A DNA stretch of 62,753 bases, filler included, from Rhabdomonas costata (taxonomy: Eukaryota), in the NCBI GenBank assembly GCA_019059605.1. It is 13 parts of 13 records of this genome, joined end to end, with 100 filler letters (N's around TTAATTAATTAA, not from the genome) between each part and the next. Parts side by side here need not be neighbours in the genome. Positions count along the whole stretch, not along the records: positions 1 to 4,772 come from JAHMHO010000155.1; positions 4,873 to 9,639 come from JAHMHO010000156.1; positions 9,740 to 14,509 come from JAHMHO010000157.1; 10 more parts are not named here. One strand, 5' to 3'. Both the position numbers and the translations under genes were made by a program. The notes beneath the pieces are model-generated. The model was not told where the DNA came from. It did no database searches and was given only the letters and a program-made list of their open reading frames with translations. Shown piece by piece: positions 1 to 12,112 of the stretch (positions within the stretch are counted from its first letter, which is position 1; each line of letters starts with the position of its first letter).

Positions 1-126
1 TGTGGTTGGGGTGAGTATAACTAGAAGATCCCTCCAAAAATGTGACGAGTAAATTGACGATCATGGACTTCTGTCGCAGCGAGTGGGAAATGTGTTATGT
101 CAGGTGATGGATGCACGCAAGCCAAC

Positions 127-1359
127 CTGCTGGGCAATGATTTCCTGGCGGGTCTGGTCGAGGAACTCCTTGGGGATCCCGCCGTGGTCCTGGGCGCTGA
201 TCAGCAGAGCCCAGAGCTCCCCCATGAAGGGAGCCGCGTGACGGCCCAGGAAGCCCGTCAGCTCGACCTGCATCTGCCGTGGGTCCGTGGTCTGTGTACA
301 AATGATGGGTGGCACAGAGTCAGAGATCGTCAGATGTGGTGGAAAGATGTCATCGTCGCATCCAGCTGGCGGTTTACCTAGCGCACTTGTCCCCGTTTTG
401 ATCCTTGACGTTGTGGACGGTTCAGGTGGTATGAATGGATGCACACCAGTGCAGGGGTGACACGGCAAAATTTTCCAGGGCTTGGACCAAAACCCAAAAA
501 CAATGTGTCGTCCAGAGACCAACCAGAGCTGGAAGACACATTTAGAGCAGTGGATATCATACGACGAAATGAACATGCGTGATCTGAGTGTCGGTGTTTC
601 GCCTGAGCAGCCAAAAAGGCATGTGCAAGATATCAAAACAGCGAGGCCCATGGCTGAGGTTACAGACACCTCCGCCTCCAGGTGGTTAAAGACGGTGCCT
701 GTGAGAATGTCGTCTTCAACGCCCAGCATTTCCCTGAGTGTCAATAATGGAAGAAAGGTGGGAGCAATCTAACAGCAGATTTTAACAGCGATAGGTGTGA
801 AACCGCTGCTGGTACAGCCTTAAAGAGACCAAAGCAAAAGCAAAAGGACCAATGACAGTTCCCTTTTCCCACAGTAAAGGTAAAACAAAACATCCAACAC
901 TCGTCCCAGGGGTGGCCGCTAATATGTTTTGCATTCCTTATAATAACAACAGCTCAAAATTAGCTCGACCCATCGACCCATTCCAACCATGCTTCGACCT
1001 TAGGACCGGGAGGCATCCGCGATGGTGCCTAGGTACCGCACGGCGCGACAAGCGGGCACGCGAACGTTATTCGGCGGGTGACCCAGGGCCGCATGCACTC
1101 CAGCTTCACCTTCTTCATGGACACGGCGGTGGAGAAGCAGGGCGGAAACTTCAGCTGCGACATCAGTTTCTGCAGTGGGACATGGGAAAAAGGAAAAGAG
1201 CAATTAACAACCACAGCCGGGCAACCGCATAGCTGAAGCCGTATAAGCAACACGAAAGTGCAACGCAGTAGAGGAAGGCGATGGAGGGTGGTGGGAAAAG
1301 CAGGACATGGATACCTTGTTCTTGTCCTTCCATCGCGGATCCTGCTCTAAGCTTGTTCC
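127..1359 (-). CDS. SRRM1: SRRM1/SRm160-type PWI-domain splicing factor (partial, at least 4 exons)
   Basis: GT-AG spliced exons join in phase: GTSLEQDPRWKDKNK|KLMSQLKFPPCF...VKLECMRPWVTRRIT|EMLGVEDDIL...|TTDPRQMQVELTGFLGRHAAPFMGELWALLISAQ. This matches the PWI consensus. The first exon is unresolved and the 3' end is off the contig. Confidence 0.9.
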
Positions 1360-2880
1360 CTGCAAGTTTAGAGAAAAAAGATTGACAACACGAACTCGAC
1401 GCAAGCAAGCATGCCGCTCAGCTGTGCCGACGGTTTTGACCAGTCTTAAGCCGAAGCTCTTGCACACTGGTGCCGTTGGCATGTCGGGTGTGAAAAATCA
1501 GCGTTCCAATGTCAGCCAACCATATAATAACATACCAGAAGTCATTGAAACACACAGCAAGCTAGGGAATAATAAAACGCACTTCAGTAAAAAAAAATAA
1601 TTCCGATAATCGAATCCCTAAAAACTTGACGCAGCTGCGATTTTTCTGGACCCTTCTCCTTCCCATAGAAACAACATTAGTTACATCGCATCACGTCAGT
1701 TTATCAGTCCCATCAAGCGAGTGCACGAGAGAGAGGAAGCGACCGCCCTTCCACTCCTGTTCCCAGCGGACAACAACCCTCATTCTTATACCCTCCGGGT
1801 CTCCATCACCACAAAGGAGGAGGTGGTTGAAAGGAGGAGGTGAGCAGACCACCACCAACACACTCCACTCACTGTGTCACACTGGGTGACGGGGGGTGCT
1901 CCCTGTGTGACACAGTATGCTTGTGCTCGGAAAAGGGGAAGATCACAGGCCAAAGAAGCCCTGAAAAAGATACGTGCGGAACTTCCACTTGGTTCGACTG
2001 ACGACCCAGTATGGGAGGAAGGGAGGAAGGAGCCAAGCATGATGCAGAGAAAGGTGGACAGCCGGCTATTCAACGCACATCAAACGAAGTGGTAATTGCT
2101 CAGACAGACCTTGCGTTTCCACCACTTTATCAAAAACGAGTTCGACCGAAGACCAGGGATGACAACGTTTCAATCCACAGCTGACACCCAAATATAAGTT
2201 GCCCAAAAAATAAGGGATTGAGTGGTCGATACAGGTAATAACCAGACATCTGCCTCAGCGCTTTTGACCGATGCCATACAGCTCTGTCTGTCTTGCTTGA
2301 AGAAATAGCGGCTGTAACGGCAAGAAGGCTCACCCAAATCCTGCGCCACGGGCTTTGCAAAACCTGTGATGAGGATTGGATTCATTCCCCTTTCACACTT
2401 GAGGTGGACCTCACGGATCCGACCACCGAAGTTAGAATTCATCGGCATAATTCGGTCCGCGATGAATTCCGATTCAGACCGTCCAATCCCTCCTCCAATC
2501 TTGGTGGATGGGACACAAAAATCTTCACAGTCACACGCGTGCGCTGCGAAACCGAAGGCTCGCGCACCAAAATCCGCCAACCAGAAACCCAACAAAACCG
2601 AAAAGGTCGTGATTTGAGGATCAAGCAGGGGTCCAAAGGCCCCATAATCTGACTTCACGCAAGACACAAAACTGAAATTCCATCCCCGGGGAGCAGTGTT
2701 GAAATGCAGAATCATGTCGGGACCGAGTCCTTCTCTTCAGAGTGAGCGGACATTCAGGCTCAACAGCCTCCTCTGCAGAGTGGTTATTTTGTGTGCTCTA
2801 GAGCAATCCTTTTGGCGCATCCATGGTGCGCTTTCACAGCGATGCGCTTCTTGCTTTTGCGCTCCATCGCCACTCGGCAC

Positions 2881-4710
2881 TCAGCGGTTGTTGGTATCCA
2901 CAAGCAACGGTGTGATGGCTTCTGCACGGGCGGCTGGGGAAGAAATGGTCCCCGCAGTTGCAGGTCTCCGCTGAGCCACCAGCACGACTTGGGCTCCCCT
3001 GACCCACACCTGCGTGACGGCTCGAACCTGCGCTTGGAAGGTGCGGCGGTGAGACGCCGATGCTCTGTGCAAGGAGAGGCATGAGAAAGAAATTAGTGTT
3101 TCCCCGCAATTTCAAGTTGTAGGAAAGATGAACAATCATCAAAACGCAGTAAAACAATGCGCCGACTCACAGGTCAAATCGGCTTTGCAAAGATTCAGCC
3201 ATTGTTTTGAAGACAGGTTCCGTGTGCCTCAGTTTCAAAAAAAAAAAATAGGAGAGACAGGGTAATATACTTTGAACCATTTATTAACCCCGCCATAGGC
3301 AAGGCAGAAACCGCGAAGACTCCCTTCCCAACACGGGTGATAGAAAAAGCGAAGAAGCAATCACGCTTCCCCTTTGGAAGGATGCATTGCCGATCACCTT
3401 TTCCCATTTAGGGGACCATTTTGGGCACATGACGGAAGGCTGAGGAATGCGCATTCATCGAAACCTATTGCGCGGTGCGATGTCCTTGGCGTCCTTCGTG
3501 GTCGAAGAAGGTGCGCTTGCATTCTTCAGAAAGACACGCGGAAACAAACGACGGAGCACCAGCAACATCCTTACCCTCATTCCAAAAATCTCATTCGCCC
3601 AGATTATAGGATAAAGGCGCCTTTGCCTCTATCACCAAGTAAGTTTTGCAAAGTTGACTTTGACACATAGTGAGATTCGGCGCCCTACTTGTCGAAAGCG
3701 GAACTCTCTCCCTCTCTCTCTCCCCGCAACTCTTCCCGAGTCGGGACTGCACTGTACCACAGACATTCGCTCAAAATCGATGCTTAATGATTTCCTGCAC
3801 AGTTCGCGCTAGTGGGTGCAGTGGTGAGACTGAGTGGACTTGGCACGTGCAAAAACAGCCAGGGGAAGTCTCCCTTGCAACAGAGCACCTTGAAGGAGCA
3901 ATGCCAGGTCTCTGTGGCGTCCACGACAAGCAGGTTGAACTGCTGGTCAAAGGCCAGTAAAAGGCCCTCCAGTTGTGGGTTGAGGTAGCCGCGCTGGCTG
4001 CGAAGCCTAATCCACACCCTGGTCCGGCACTCAACAAACTTCAGCAGTAGGGACAGGGGCCCCTGAGAAGGAAAAGAGTGACAGTGATCTGTCCAGCGCG
4101 AAGCGGAATTTTGAGAATCGCTGTCACAAACAAGCAAGAAAACGAAATCCACGCATTTTGGCTTGGACAGGAATAGAGCAAGTTATGTGTTCAAATGTGC
4201 TCTGCAGTAAAAATTGAGTCATTGATCCATAGCGAGAGCATCCGTGTGCCATAGTAAATGCTCTTCTTTGACTTTGGGCCAGGTGTGTTTGTTCGTTCGC
4301 GCTTGTGTATGTTTGTAAGATGAAAAGAAAAGGAAAAGGAAACTCACAATCCCACGTATGAAGCAGAGCGATGATGAAACGAAAAAGCTGTCCCTAACCT
4401 AAGACGCGCGCAGCCTGGGTGCTCGCGTGGAGAGTCCTGTTGCACTGTTGTAACAGCATGATGAGGTAGCAAGCGGTGTTGCTCTTTTCAATAGCCAATG
4501 CTCAAGGAGAGGGGCTCATTACCCCGAACTTGAGTCTGGGAAAAGGGCTGCCGCTCGTGAAAGGGACACGCACCTGAGCGAAGTGTCGCCCGAGTCTTTC
4601 GAAGAGCCCAAAGCTCGCTGTGCGGACCGTCCTCGCCACGCTCTCCTGCTGCTGCCGGTACCACTGCTGCGCGCGGGCGTGCTCCTCAAGGCGGCTACCC
4701 CTGCGCCATC
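2881..4710 (-). CDS. LSM11: LSM11-like (U7 snRNP Sm-like protein), 5' partial
   Basis: Exon ~3888-4062 reads GPLSLLLKFVECRTRVWIRLRSQRG...GLLLAFDQQFNLLVVDATE (Sm1). A linker exon lies at ~3474-3522. The last exon reads RAVTQVWVRGAQVVLV (Sm2) and ends in TGA at 2881. Phases are consistent, and GPLSLL plus a split Sm1/Sm2 is typical of LSM11. Confidence 0.72.
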
Positions 4711-4772
4711 ATAACATCAGACGAGATGGAATGCATAAGACTGGCAAAAAGGAAAACGAAGCGAAACCAACC

Positions 4773-4872
4773 NNNNNNNNNNNNNNNNNNNNNNNNNNNN
4801 NNNNNNNNNNNNNNNNTTAATTAATTAANNNNNNNNNNNNNNNNNNNNNNNNNNNNNNNNNNNNNNNNNNNN
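4773..4872. other. Artificial contig linker (44N + TTAATTAATTAA + 44N). Also at 9640, 14510, 19357, 24207, 29051, 33883, 38713, 43554, 48363, 53173 and 57966
   Basis: The same six-frame-stop spacer recurs every ~4.8 kb, and segment lengths fall from ~4770 to ~4690 bp, as expected for size-sorted concatenation. Confidence 0.98.
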
Positions 4873-6259
4873 CCCCTGAGCAGACCGCCCGGCGGGAGCT
4901 GAAGGAGGTTGGTGTGACTGCAGGGGCTCAGTGTGGATGGTCACGGCTTTGGAGAGCTTCAGCGTCTTTTGTCTTTCTCTCACCAAGTTCAGTTCCGCTT
5001 TGAGAGCTGTTGCGTGATCACGCTTGGAATGATCTCTAAATCTTGGAATGATTGATTGTTTCGGGTTCCTGTTTCCATCGCTACATTCTATTCTGTACTG
5101 TATTCTGTACTTTGGTTGCAGGTCTTGTGGATGGGACGGTGGGGATTTTGGGCTTCTTTCGCGGTTTGATGGAATTAATGCACAAGCGAAGTGCTTTGAG
5201 CTGGTATCCCGTTTCCTGAAATTCATATTTTACTGAAGTCCATGGGACGAACACGACCGAATTCGGCCGTTTTTTTGCGGTGCAGGAGACTGGCTTTGTG
5301 GCGGAGTCCCTGGTGTTGTTGGGGCATGTAAACTCCGATTCTGGCGAGCTCACTCAGACTGTGCCCGTGTTTGCCGCCTATGTTACGGAGTCGGCCCGCG
5401 GCCCGGCAGCAACGGAGCCCTCAGAGGCGATCGAAGCGCAGTTGCTATTGCCCCTGCAACAGGTTTTTTGCTCGTAACATGAAGTATCTGCCTGCTTCCC
5501 CACTTCGAAATGGGAAAGACTCCAACCTCTTTCGCCGATGGGAGCACGCAGTACCTGCCTAAGCGCATAAGTGCATGAGCACATGGACAACTTGTTTTTT
5601 GGGGTAAGTCTTATGCTCTGAGAATTTAGGAAGTTTTGGTGCTTAGCACTTGTTCAGGTTTACAGTGCTACACCCCAGCCGAGAGGCTCAGAACGGATTG
5701 ATTTTTTCGGGTGCACCCAGGTGTGACAGCCTTTCCTTGAAGGGCCAAAAATCTGCGTCGCCCGTGGCATGGTGTTTCTAAGAGTTTCTAAGAGTTACAA
5801 ATTTTAAACGTTGGTTACACGGTGGTTCGACCACTGTGTGCACTTTCAACACTGCGCGTGTTGCGGAGTCAACTGGGGCGGTTGGGATCAAGTTGGCTGC
5901 TGCCGCGTAGATTCGGGCATGCCGTTGCGCGCTAAAAGCCATCACATCGGAGGTTCTTGGGGTTCTTGGGTCGGACTCTCCAGCTTATTTTCACACTTGA
6001 ACTCATCACAGGACGCCTTCATACCGTATAGCGCGTGCCTTAAGAAGCAATACCTAAAAGGTTCATTGTATGTCCCAAACCTCCTGAACCCTTGACCTGT
6101 CTTCAACCTCATGGATGCCATCATATTTCTTCATGTTTCCCGCAGGTGAAGGAGGCGATGGTGACCGGAAAACTTTCACCTCCTCACGGTTACGTCAGCT
6201 GCAGGGACCCATATTTGAGCTTTGCTCTTCTGCAGTGCTTGTTGCGGAACCTATTGTGA
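4873..6259 (+). CDS. NUDIX hydrolase (ADP-ribose pyrophosphatase-like), 5' partial, 3 exons
   Basis: The Nudix box is split by an intron: PEQTARRELKE|ETGF, followed by LGHVNSDSG...SEAI. The last exon VKEAMVTG...RDPYLSFALLQCLLRNLL ends at TGA 6257-6259. Confidence 0.85.
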
Positions 6260-6713
6260 TGTGAGGGCTGTATCTATTACGATGGGGAAAACCAAGTGTT
6301 TCTTCCTTTTGCAAAATGTGTCCAGGTGCTTCAGGGGCTTCAGTGATCGCCACAAATCAGCTCATTTTGGAAACCCGAAAAGAAGTTCTGCAGCGTGCCT
6401 TGGAGGGACCTGAGCTAAAGCGGCTAGTGATTAGATGAGGTCCATGGCAAACGGAATGGTGCGTGTGTGTTGTGATTTGATTTTTCGGCACCCCCGGCAC
6501 CACAATAGACTTACTCATGTGGCCGTTTGTATTTTTGTCTCATTGTACCAAAACCAATACCAATACCGTCCGAACGCAAATTTCTATAATTTTTATATAT
6601 CCTCTGACACCATTCTCTTGTTTTTCTTGCCTATAGTTTTTTTCAAGTGCGCAAGACTGCCTGACTCGACTGCGGTTATATTGAGCTTCAGGCCAGGGTA
6701 CTTCAACTCGAGC

Positions 6714-7771
6714 ATGACTCAGCCTGAATTTTCAAAGGTCGCCGCAGCCTTAGCATTCTTCATGAGCAGGCGTTTCAAGATGCGCTGCAAACGTTCACCC
6801 CCAACCACGCTGCCACCTTCAAGGACGTTAGCAGTGACGAAAACAAGCATACGTACTATGATGTATACAAGCAATACGTCGCCATGGTCGATGACATGAT
6901 GTCAGCTCGCCTGAAGGCCCTTCTCGGCCCCAGCTTCGACCTGAACCAGTTCACAGAGTCCCTTTCCAAGAAGATGGAGGATCCCTCCACCAAAGAGTTT
7001 CTGTCGACCGAAGTTTTTGAGCTGCTGATTCACTTGACCGACTTCCAGAGTTTCAAGGACATGATGATTGGGGCTTACAAGGAGCAGACCGGCGATGTGT
7101 TCAAACTGAGCGAGAAGCAGGCCCCTGCATTGAGCCCAGAGCAGGCGGACGTGGTGAAGTCTTTGAAGGAAGCGACCAAGGTTCTGGACGCCGGCGGTGC
7201 GGCTGAGGGATGGAAGGTTGCCTCCAAGGGCCCCAACTTTGAGGTAGCCCGTAAGAAGGACCCCACTGGGTTTCCTGTGGATATCTGGCGGATCCGCCAG
7301 AACTTGGACGTCCCGATGGAAGGGATCTTGACCCTGTTGTCGGATCCCCTTCTGCGCCCCCAGTGGGATGATGACTGCCAGAGCGTGGAGATTCTGAAGG
7401 GCAAGGCAGGGGACGACGACGTCACTGTGCGGCTGGTGATGAAGGGGATGATGATGATGCCCCCGCGCGAGCTGTACCACCGCCGCATTCTTGCCCGGGA
7501 CTTCCCAGAGAAGGGTGCGGTCAGCGTGCTGCTGGCCCCGCACGATCCCGGAACCCCCCCTCCAGCAGGGATGTCCCGGGGCGTGTTCCGAGTGTTCAAC
7601 TCTGTCCTGCGCCCCGCTGACATCCCGGGGCGCACCCAGCAGACGGCCTTCGTGCAGATTGACATGGGCAAGATGCCGGGGTTTATCTCCAACATGCTGA
7701 TGGGCTACTTCCTTCCCCGTCTTCCGGCGAAGATTGAGGCTGGGTACCGAAAAATGGCAAAACCGAAGTAG
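6714..7771 (+). CDS. BART (ARL2BP/CFAP36-like) domain fused to a START lipid-binding domain. Intronless, with an apparent 1-nt frameshift near 6766
   Basis: The frame of ORF 6884-7771 extends upstream as QAFQDALQTF...DENKHTYYDVYKQYVAMVD, then LTDFQSFKDMMI (BART). The C-terminus has GWK...RPQWDDDC...PRE...QIDMGKMP (START/SRPBCC). Confidence 0.75.
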
Positions 7772-8583
7772 AACGGAGCACTTAAACACACCTAAGGTTT
7801 TTCTCTTCGTTTTCCTGGAAAGATGCACTTTTGCTTGTATTTTGCTTGTATTGCTTCAAGTGCCCGTTCACTCAGCGCATCACAGCACATCATTATCTGC
7901 TGCTTTCTGTTTTTTGTTGCCTGCTTCTCTTTCAGGAACCGCAGTGTGATAGGGTGAGGGCTCTTCTTGTGGTTCTTGTGGAGACCCTTCCCTTCTCCAA
8001 CCCTGCGTGATGTCGACTCGCCTTTGTTACGATCGACTCTTTGCACAAACCGCACCGGGAATCGTGCGCCGTGTTGAGACTTTCTTTTCTCTTAACAAAA
8101 GAATCCGAATGCGTTTCGCCCTTTCCTTTCTTTCTATTTCTTCCTTTCCCTCTATTTGTTGGCTAAACATTGCCTCGTGCATCAGGATATGTCAGACTTC
8201 ATGGAAAATTGATTTTTTCTTATTCTGCATTGCGTGGTTACTTTCGATTGGTCCGCTGGGATTATTCGCCAAATGGTACCCGACTGAAGTGAACATGGGG
8301 AAACGGTCACTGGTAATCATTGTTAACGGCCACTCAGCCAACGTCGACGTCAAGCCCCGAAATTGATGGTTTACTTGCTTTCGCGACTGGAACAAGCGAT
8401 CTTCTGCTGATGCAGGGAGGAGCGCCTTAGGTGCTTATTCTGCTTTCCTGACGAGGCTGGTCGTCTCATCTGTCACCTGCAGCGCTTGAACTTTGACTGT
8501 CTTTTTTTCAACCGTCGGAGCAGCTCTCCGCTGCGTACGTAAGAGGAGGGGTTGAGAGGGACAGGGCTGGTGAACTCAAAGAG

Positions 8584-8727
8584 ATGCCGAAGTTCTACTG
8601 CGAGTACTGTGATGTCTACCTGGCCCACGAGTCGGTGGGGGTGCGGCGCCAGCACCGCAAGGGCCGCAAGCATAAGGACAACGTGCGGGCTTACTACATG
8701 GGGTACGTGGAGAAGAACCCCGAAGTG
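8584..8727 (+). CDS. SNRPC: U1 snRNP protein C, first exon (matrin-type zinc finger)
   Basis: MPKFYCEYCDVYLAHESVGVRRQHRKGRKHKDNVRAYY followed by a GT donor at 8728. Confidence 0.9.
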
Positions 8728-9767
8728 GTGCGTCACTCGTGATCTGTGCTATTGATTGCCCTTCTCTTTGGTTTTGGGTCTGTTTTATCAAATTGTGTGT
8801 GCGTGGAGGGGTGTGCAAGAGAAGCGCCACAAGAGATGGTTGGGTTTCTGCACCTGTGTGAGAATGGATTTTTGTGCTTCCTATGGTGACTGGTCACGTT
8901 GACCCTCCCGCTCTCCTGCCACTGTGTTTGCCTGCAGGCTGGCTGGGCTGGCTGGCTGGCTGGCTGCTCCAGTGGAGATGCGTACGACCTTTTGCACACG
9001 TGCTCTGGTTTCCCTTACTATTCGAAGAACGGAATTTTTAAATTTCGATTACCTACCAAATCTGAATCCTTGTTCTCCGTAATTCTCATCGTTGAGACTA
9101 TCCTGACATTTTGTTTTAATTTCTGTTCACAGTTGAGTTTAATATACCTGATCATCAGCAAAGGTTTCGCACCTCCCCACCCCCAGATTTAGACAATGTT
9201 GGAGCTGAAAGAGACAGGTCACGTGGCCCAACATTGTCTCTTTACCGGGGGGAGGTGGGCGCGGGCAACTCCAACATAGTTTTCCACCCTGGAGGGATAC
9301 CGTGTAAGGCAAATGGAGGGCGCATGCGAAAAGGGAATTAAATGGGTACAGGTGATCACAGAAGTTTTGGCACATGCTGTCCCACAGGGCAGGAAAAAGC
9401 TGGGAAGGCGGCCTCGGCCTCACAGATTTAGAGGCAAGACCAGACACAAAGCAAAGAGACTCGCAGCGTCAGTGGTGTGCTGGTTTCAGAGGGGCTCGAA
9501 AAGTATTCCAATGGGAAAGGGGCCGCTAGCTTTGGTGCCCAGAAATGTAGTTGACCGCAAAGGCTGAGCGGCTTCCAGGCGACTCAGCTTTTCCTTTCCC
9601 GGCCCTAAATCTTCTTGCACGAACACAGACCACCCCCACNNNNNNNNNNNNNNNNNNNNNNNNNNNNNNNNNNNNNNNNNNNNTTAATTAATTAANNNNN
9701 NNNNNNNNNNNNNNNNNNNNNNNNNNNNNNNNNNNNNNNTTGTTGTGTGTCACGACAAGGTCCAGGC

Positions 9768-11485
9768 CTACTTTCGGCGTGTGGCCCACAAACCGGCACC
9801 CCGTCCCCTGGCAAAGGCCTCCGCCCTTGCCATGAGAGGGTCCCACCTGACCGCCAAAAAAGCCAAGAACACAAGGGAAGAGCGTAGCAAACGTCAGAAA
9901 CATATACATGAGGTACATCAGAAGGAAGAACGCACAAGCATTCCGTCGAGGAGTCCGAGGCCGGGAAGCAGCCAACCGGTCCGGTCCGGTACATCAGAAA
10001 CGCGAGAAAGGAGCACAGTGGTCGAAATGTCAGTAAGTCAAATGAAGCAAGAGAATGAGCCCCCGCGCTTCGGAGCGAGCACGCCTGTTGCTAGAAAACA
10101 AGGACGCTGTGATTAGCGCTAAGGTCGACCCACACCGTTTGACAAACTCTGCCAGCAAACGCGAACCACCAAACGGCTCTAACCAGATTGTGGTTTCTTT
10201 TTTTTTGGGGGGGGGGGGTAAAGAACCGAGAAGTCAGCTCAGAGGCGCTGTGGAAGGCGTAGCCGTCGCGGATGAGGTTGACGTTGAGGTTGCGGAATCG
10301 TATCGGCCAACCATACCGCACCATCCCGTGAACAGCCCCTCGCGGTTCCTTCCGCAGCAGCCTCAGATCCACCGTGCTCCCCAGAACCAGGCTGCGGACG
10401 TGCTGCACTGCTGCGTCGCTGTCCCCTTCCAGAGCCTTGAGCCTGGGCAAAACCGCATCCCGAAAAATGGCAAATATCAATACACTGTCTCAATCAAGGG
10501 GTTGAGTAACGTGGACGTTGCGACCAGGTGGAGGCCAATTCTCCTGGCGACGCCCTTTACATCTGGTTGTCCCTGCTTTTTTTTTGTGGAATGTTAGGAG
10601 CGCTAGTCCCTTCTTGCGGGAAGTATGAAGTGATCTCCATCGTGGATGAAACACCACACTGGACTGGAAGCAGCTGGGGCTCCTGCGAAAAAGGCTTATC
10701 CCAGCTCAACTCAGCGGAATCAAGTCCTCCAACCCCCCTCCCCTCTCTGCGTCGCGCCGAAGGCATTATGCCGCTGTCGCTTAGCGGCCAGCACCTGGAA
10801 CTAGCAACAGGCCTGCTCAGCAGAGCAGGGTTGCATCTCTCTCAAAGTTAAATGTGGACATGCTCAAAGTTCAATTCAAAGTTGAGTGGCATGAATGCAG
10901 CAAAAACCACAACAAGGATATGCTAAAAAAACTGGGCCAAACAAGAACCTCAAAGCTCAAACTTCAATTCAAACGTCTCACCTGTTCAACGGTGTGGGCA
11001 CAGTCCCACGTTTAATTCGGTTTAATTGAACTCCAGCTCAATTCTCCACTAAAAGTTTAACGCAACCCTGAGCCGAGAAAAAAGGATACGAGCTGAGGTG
11101 CCAAGTGAGAGAGCAGGGTAGGGTAGGGTAGGGCAGGGTGGGCATGCCCCGCCAGCTGGACAAGGATGGTGTTGGCCTCGGGCCTCCCACCCTTCTCCGG
11201 GGTCCAGGCGGCGCGGAGCAAGGGCTTGTGGGAGACCACCAACATGGACGGGCTCCGCACAGACAGCACCCTCACAAGAATTCGCGCGCGAGAGAGAAAG
11301 AAGATGTCATTCAGGTCCGCCGAGGTGCGAAACCTGCGGGTGAGGACGGAGCCCGTGTTCAGGGCAACACCCACCGCAAGCCCCACCACCGCCAGAGCGG
11401 GAACTCGGACGTATGCCGGAGCGTTTCCCCATACGTCGTCTACGTAGTCCATAACCCAGTCCAAGCTCTTCAGCATCTCGTTCAT
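9768..11485 (-). CDS. C3orf33/LCL3-like SNase-fold protein with an N-terminal TM helix, 3 exons
   Basis: TM helix, then RRFRTSADL...ILVQLAG|LKALEG...NLNVNLIRDGYA...|...RAEAFARGRGAGLW* (TAG at 9768). Intron 1 is GC-AG (11147-10443). Confidence 0.75.
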
Positions 11486-12112
11486 TGTGCCAACCACACT
11501 CGTCCAGAATATGAATATGTGAGAAAAAAGGCAATGCAGGCAAAGTTTGCCGAAGGGAACGAAAAGAATTAGGATCAAATAGGAAGCAAAACCGCAGCCA
11601 AAGGAAGCCGGGGAAAGGGAACTCATTCTATCCTCCGCACTCTTGTTAATTGTGGACGCGCACTTGCAACGGTGCACATCTCCAGAACTATCAGGACGCC
11701 GTTCACTGTGCCGTGCCTTGCCGTGCTGTGTTTGTTCCATTGCTTTGCTGGTGAAAAGGAGGATACTTCAAGACCCAACTGCAAACCTCATCTAGGAAGA
11801 AAACAGCGGCATTTTTCGGTTGGCAGTGAAAGAACCACAATCAACAGAACCTAAAAAGTTGGTACCACTTAAAACACCCCTTTCCCCTTTCACGGGGAAA
11901 CCACTGAAAAGCTGGAAGGCATTTTGTCCATAAGAATGTCCGTTGTTAAAATCAGGAAGTAACACCTTCCTCCGCCTCAACAACAAAAAGGTTCAAAAAA
12001 AGAAACCGCCTGAGCACACACTGCAAGCTGGCAGGCCGGCGAGCGGTACCAGCCACAATCGCGGATTTCGCGCACACACGCACACATTCACAGTTGGAAG
12101 CGCTCCTTGCTC

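Noticed and set aside
2293-2715. Overlapping ORFs between LSM11 and SRRM1
   Set aside because: No recognisable motif or convincing splice signals; probably UTR or intergenic.
4817-4828. Regularly spaced TTAATTAATTAA as a biological repeat or CRISPR-like array
   Set aside because: It is embedded in fixed N runs and is a synthetic six-frame-stop linker.
6902-7828. Long antisense ORFs (308 aa and 206 aa), and similar ones over other genes
   Set aside because: These are shadows of GC3-rich coding sequence on the opposite strand.
10842-11040. TTCAATTCAAAG-type short motifs shared with 23665-23700 as a MITE family
   Set aside because: Low complexity, with no definable termini or TSD.
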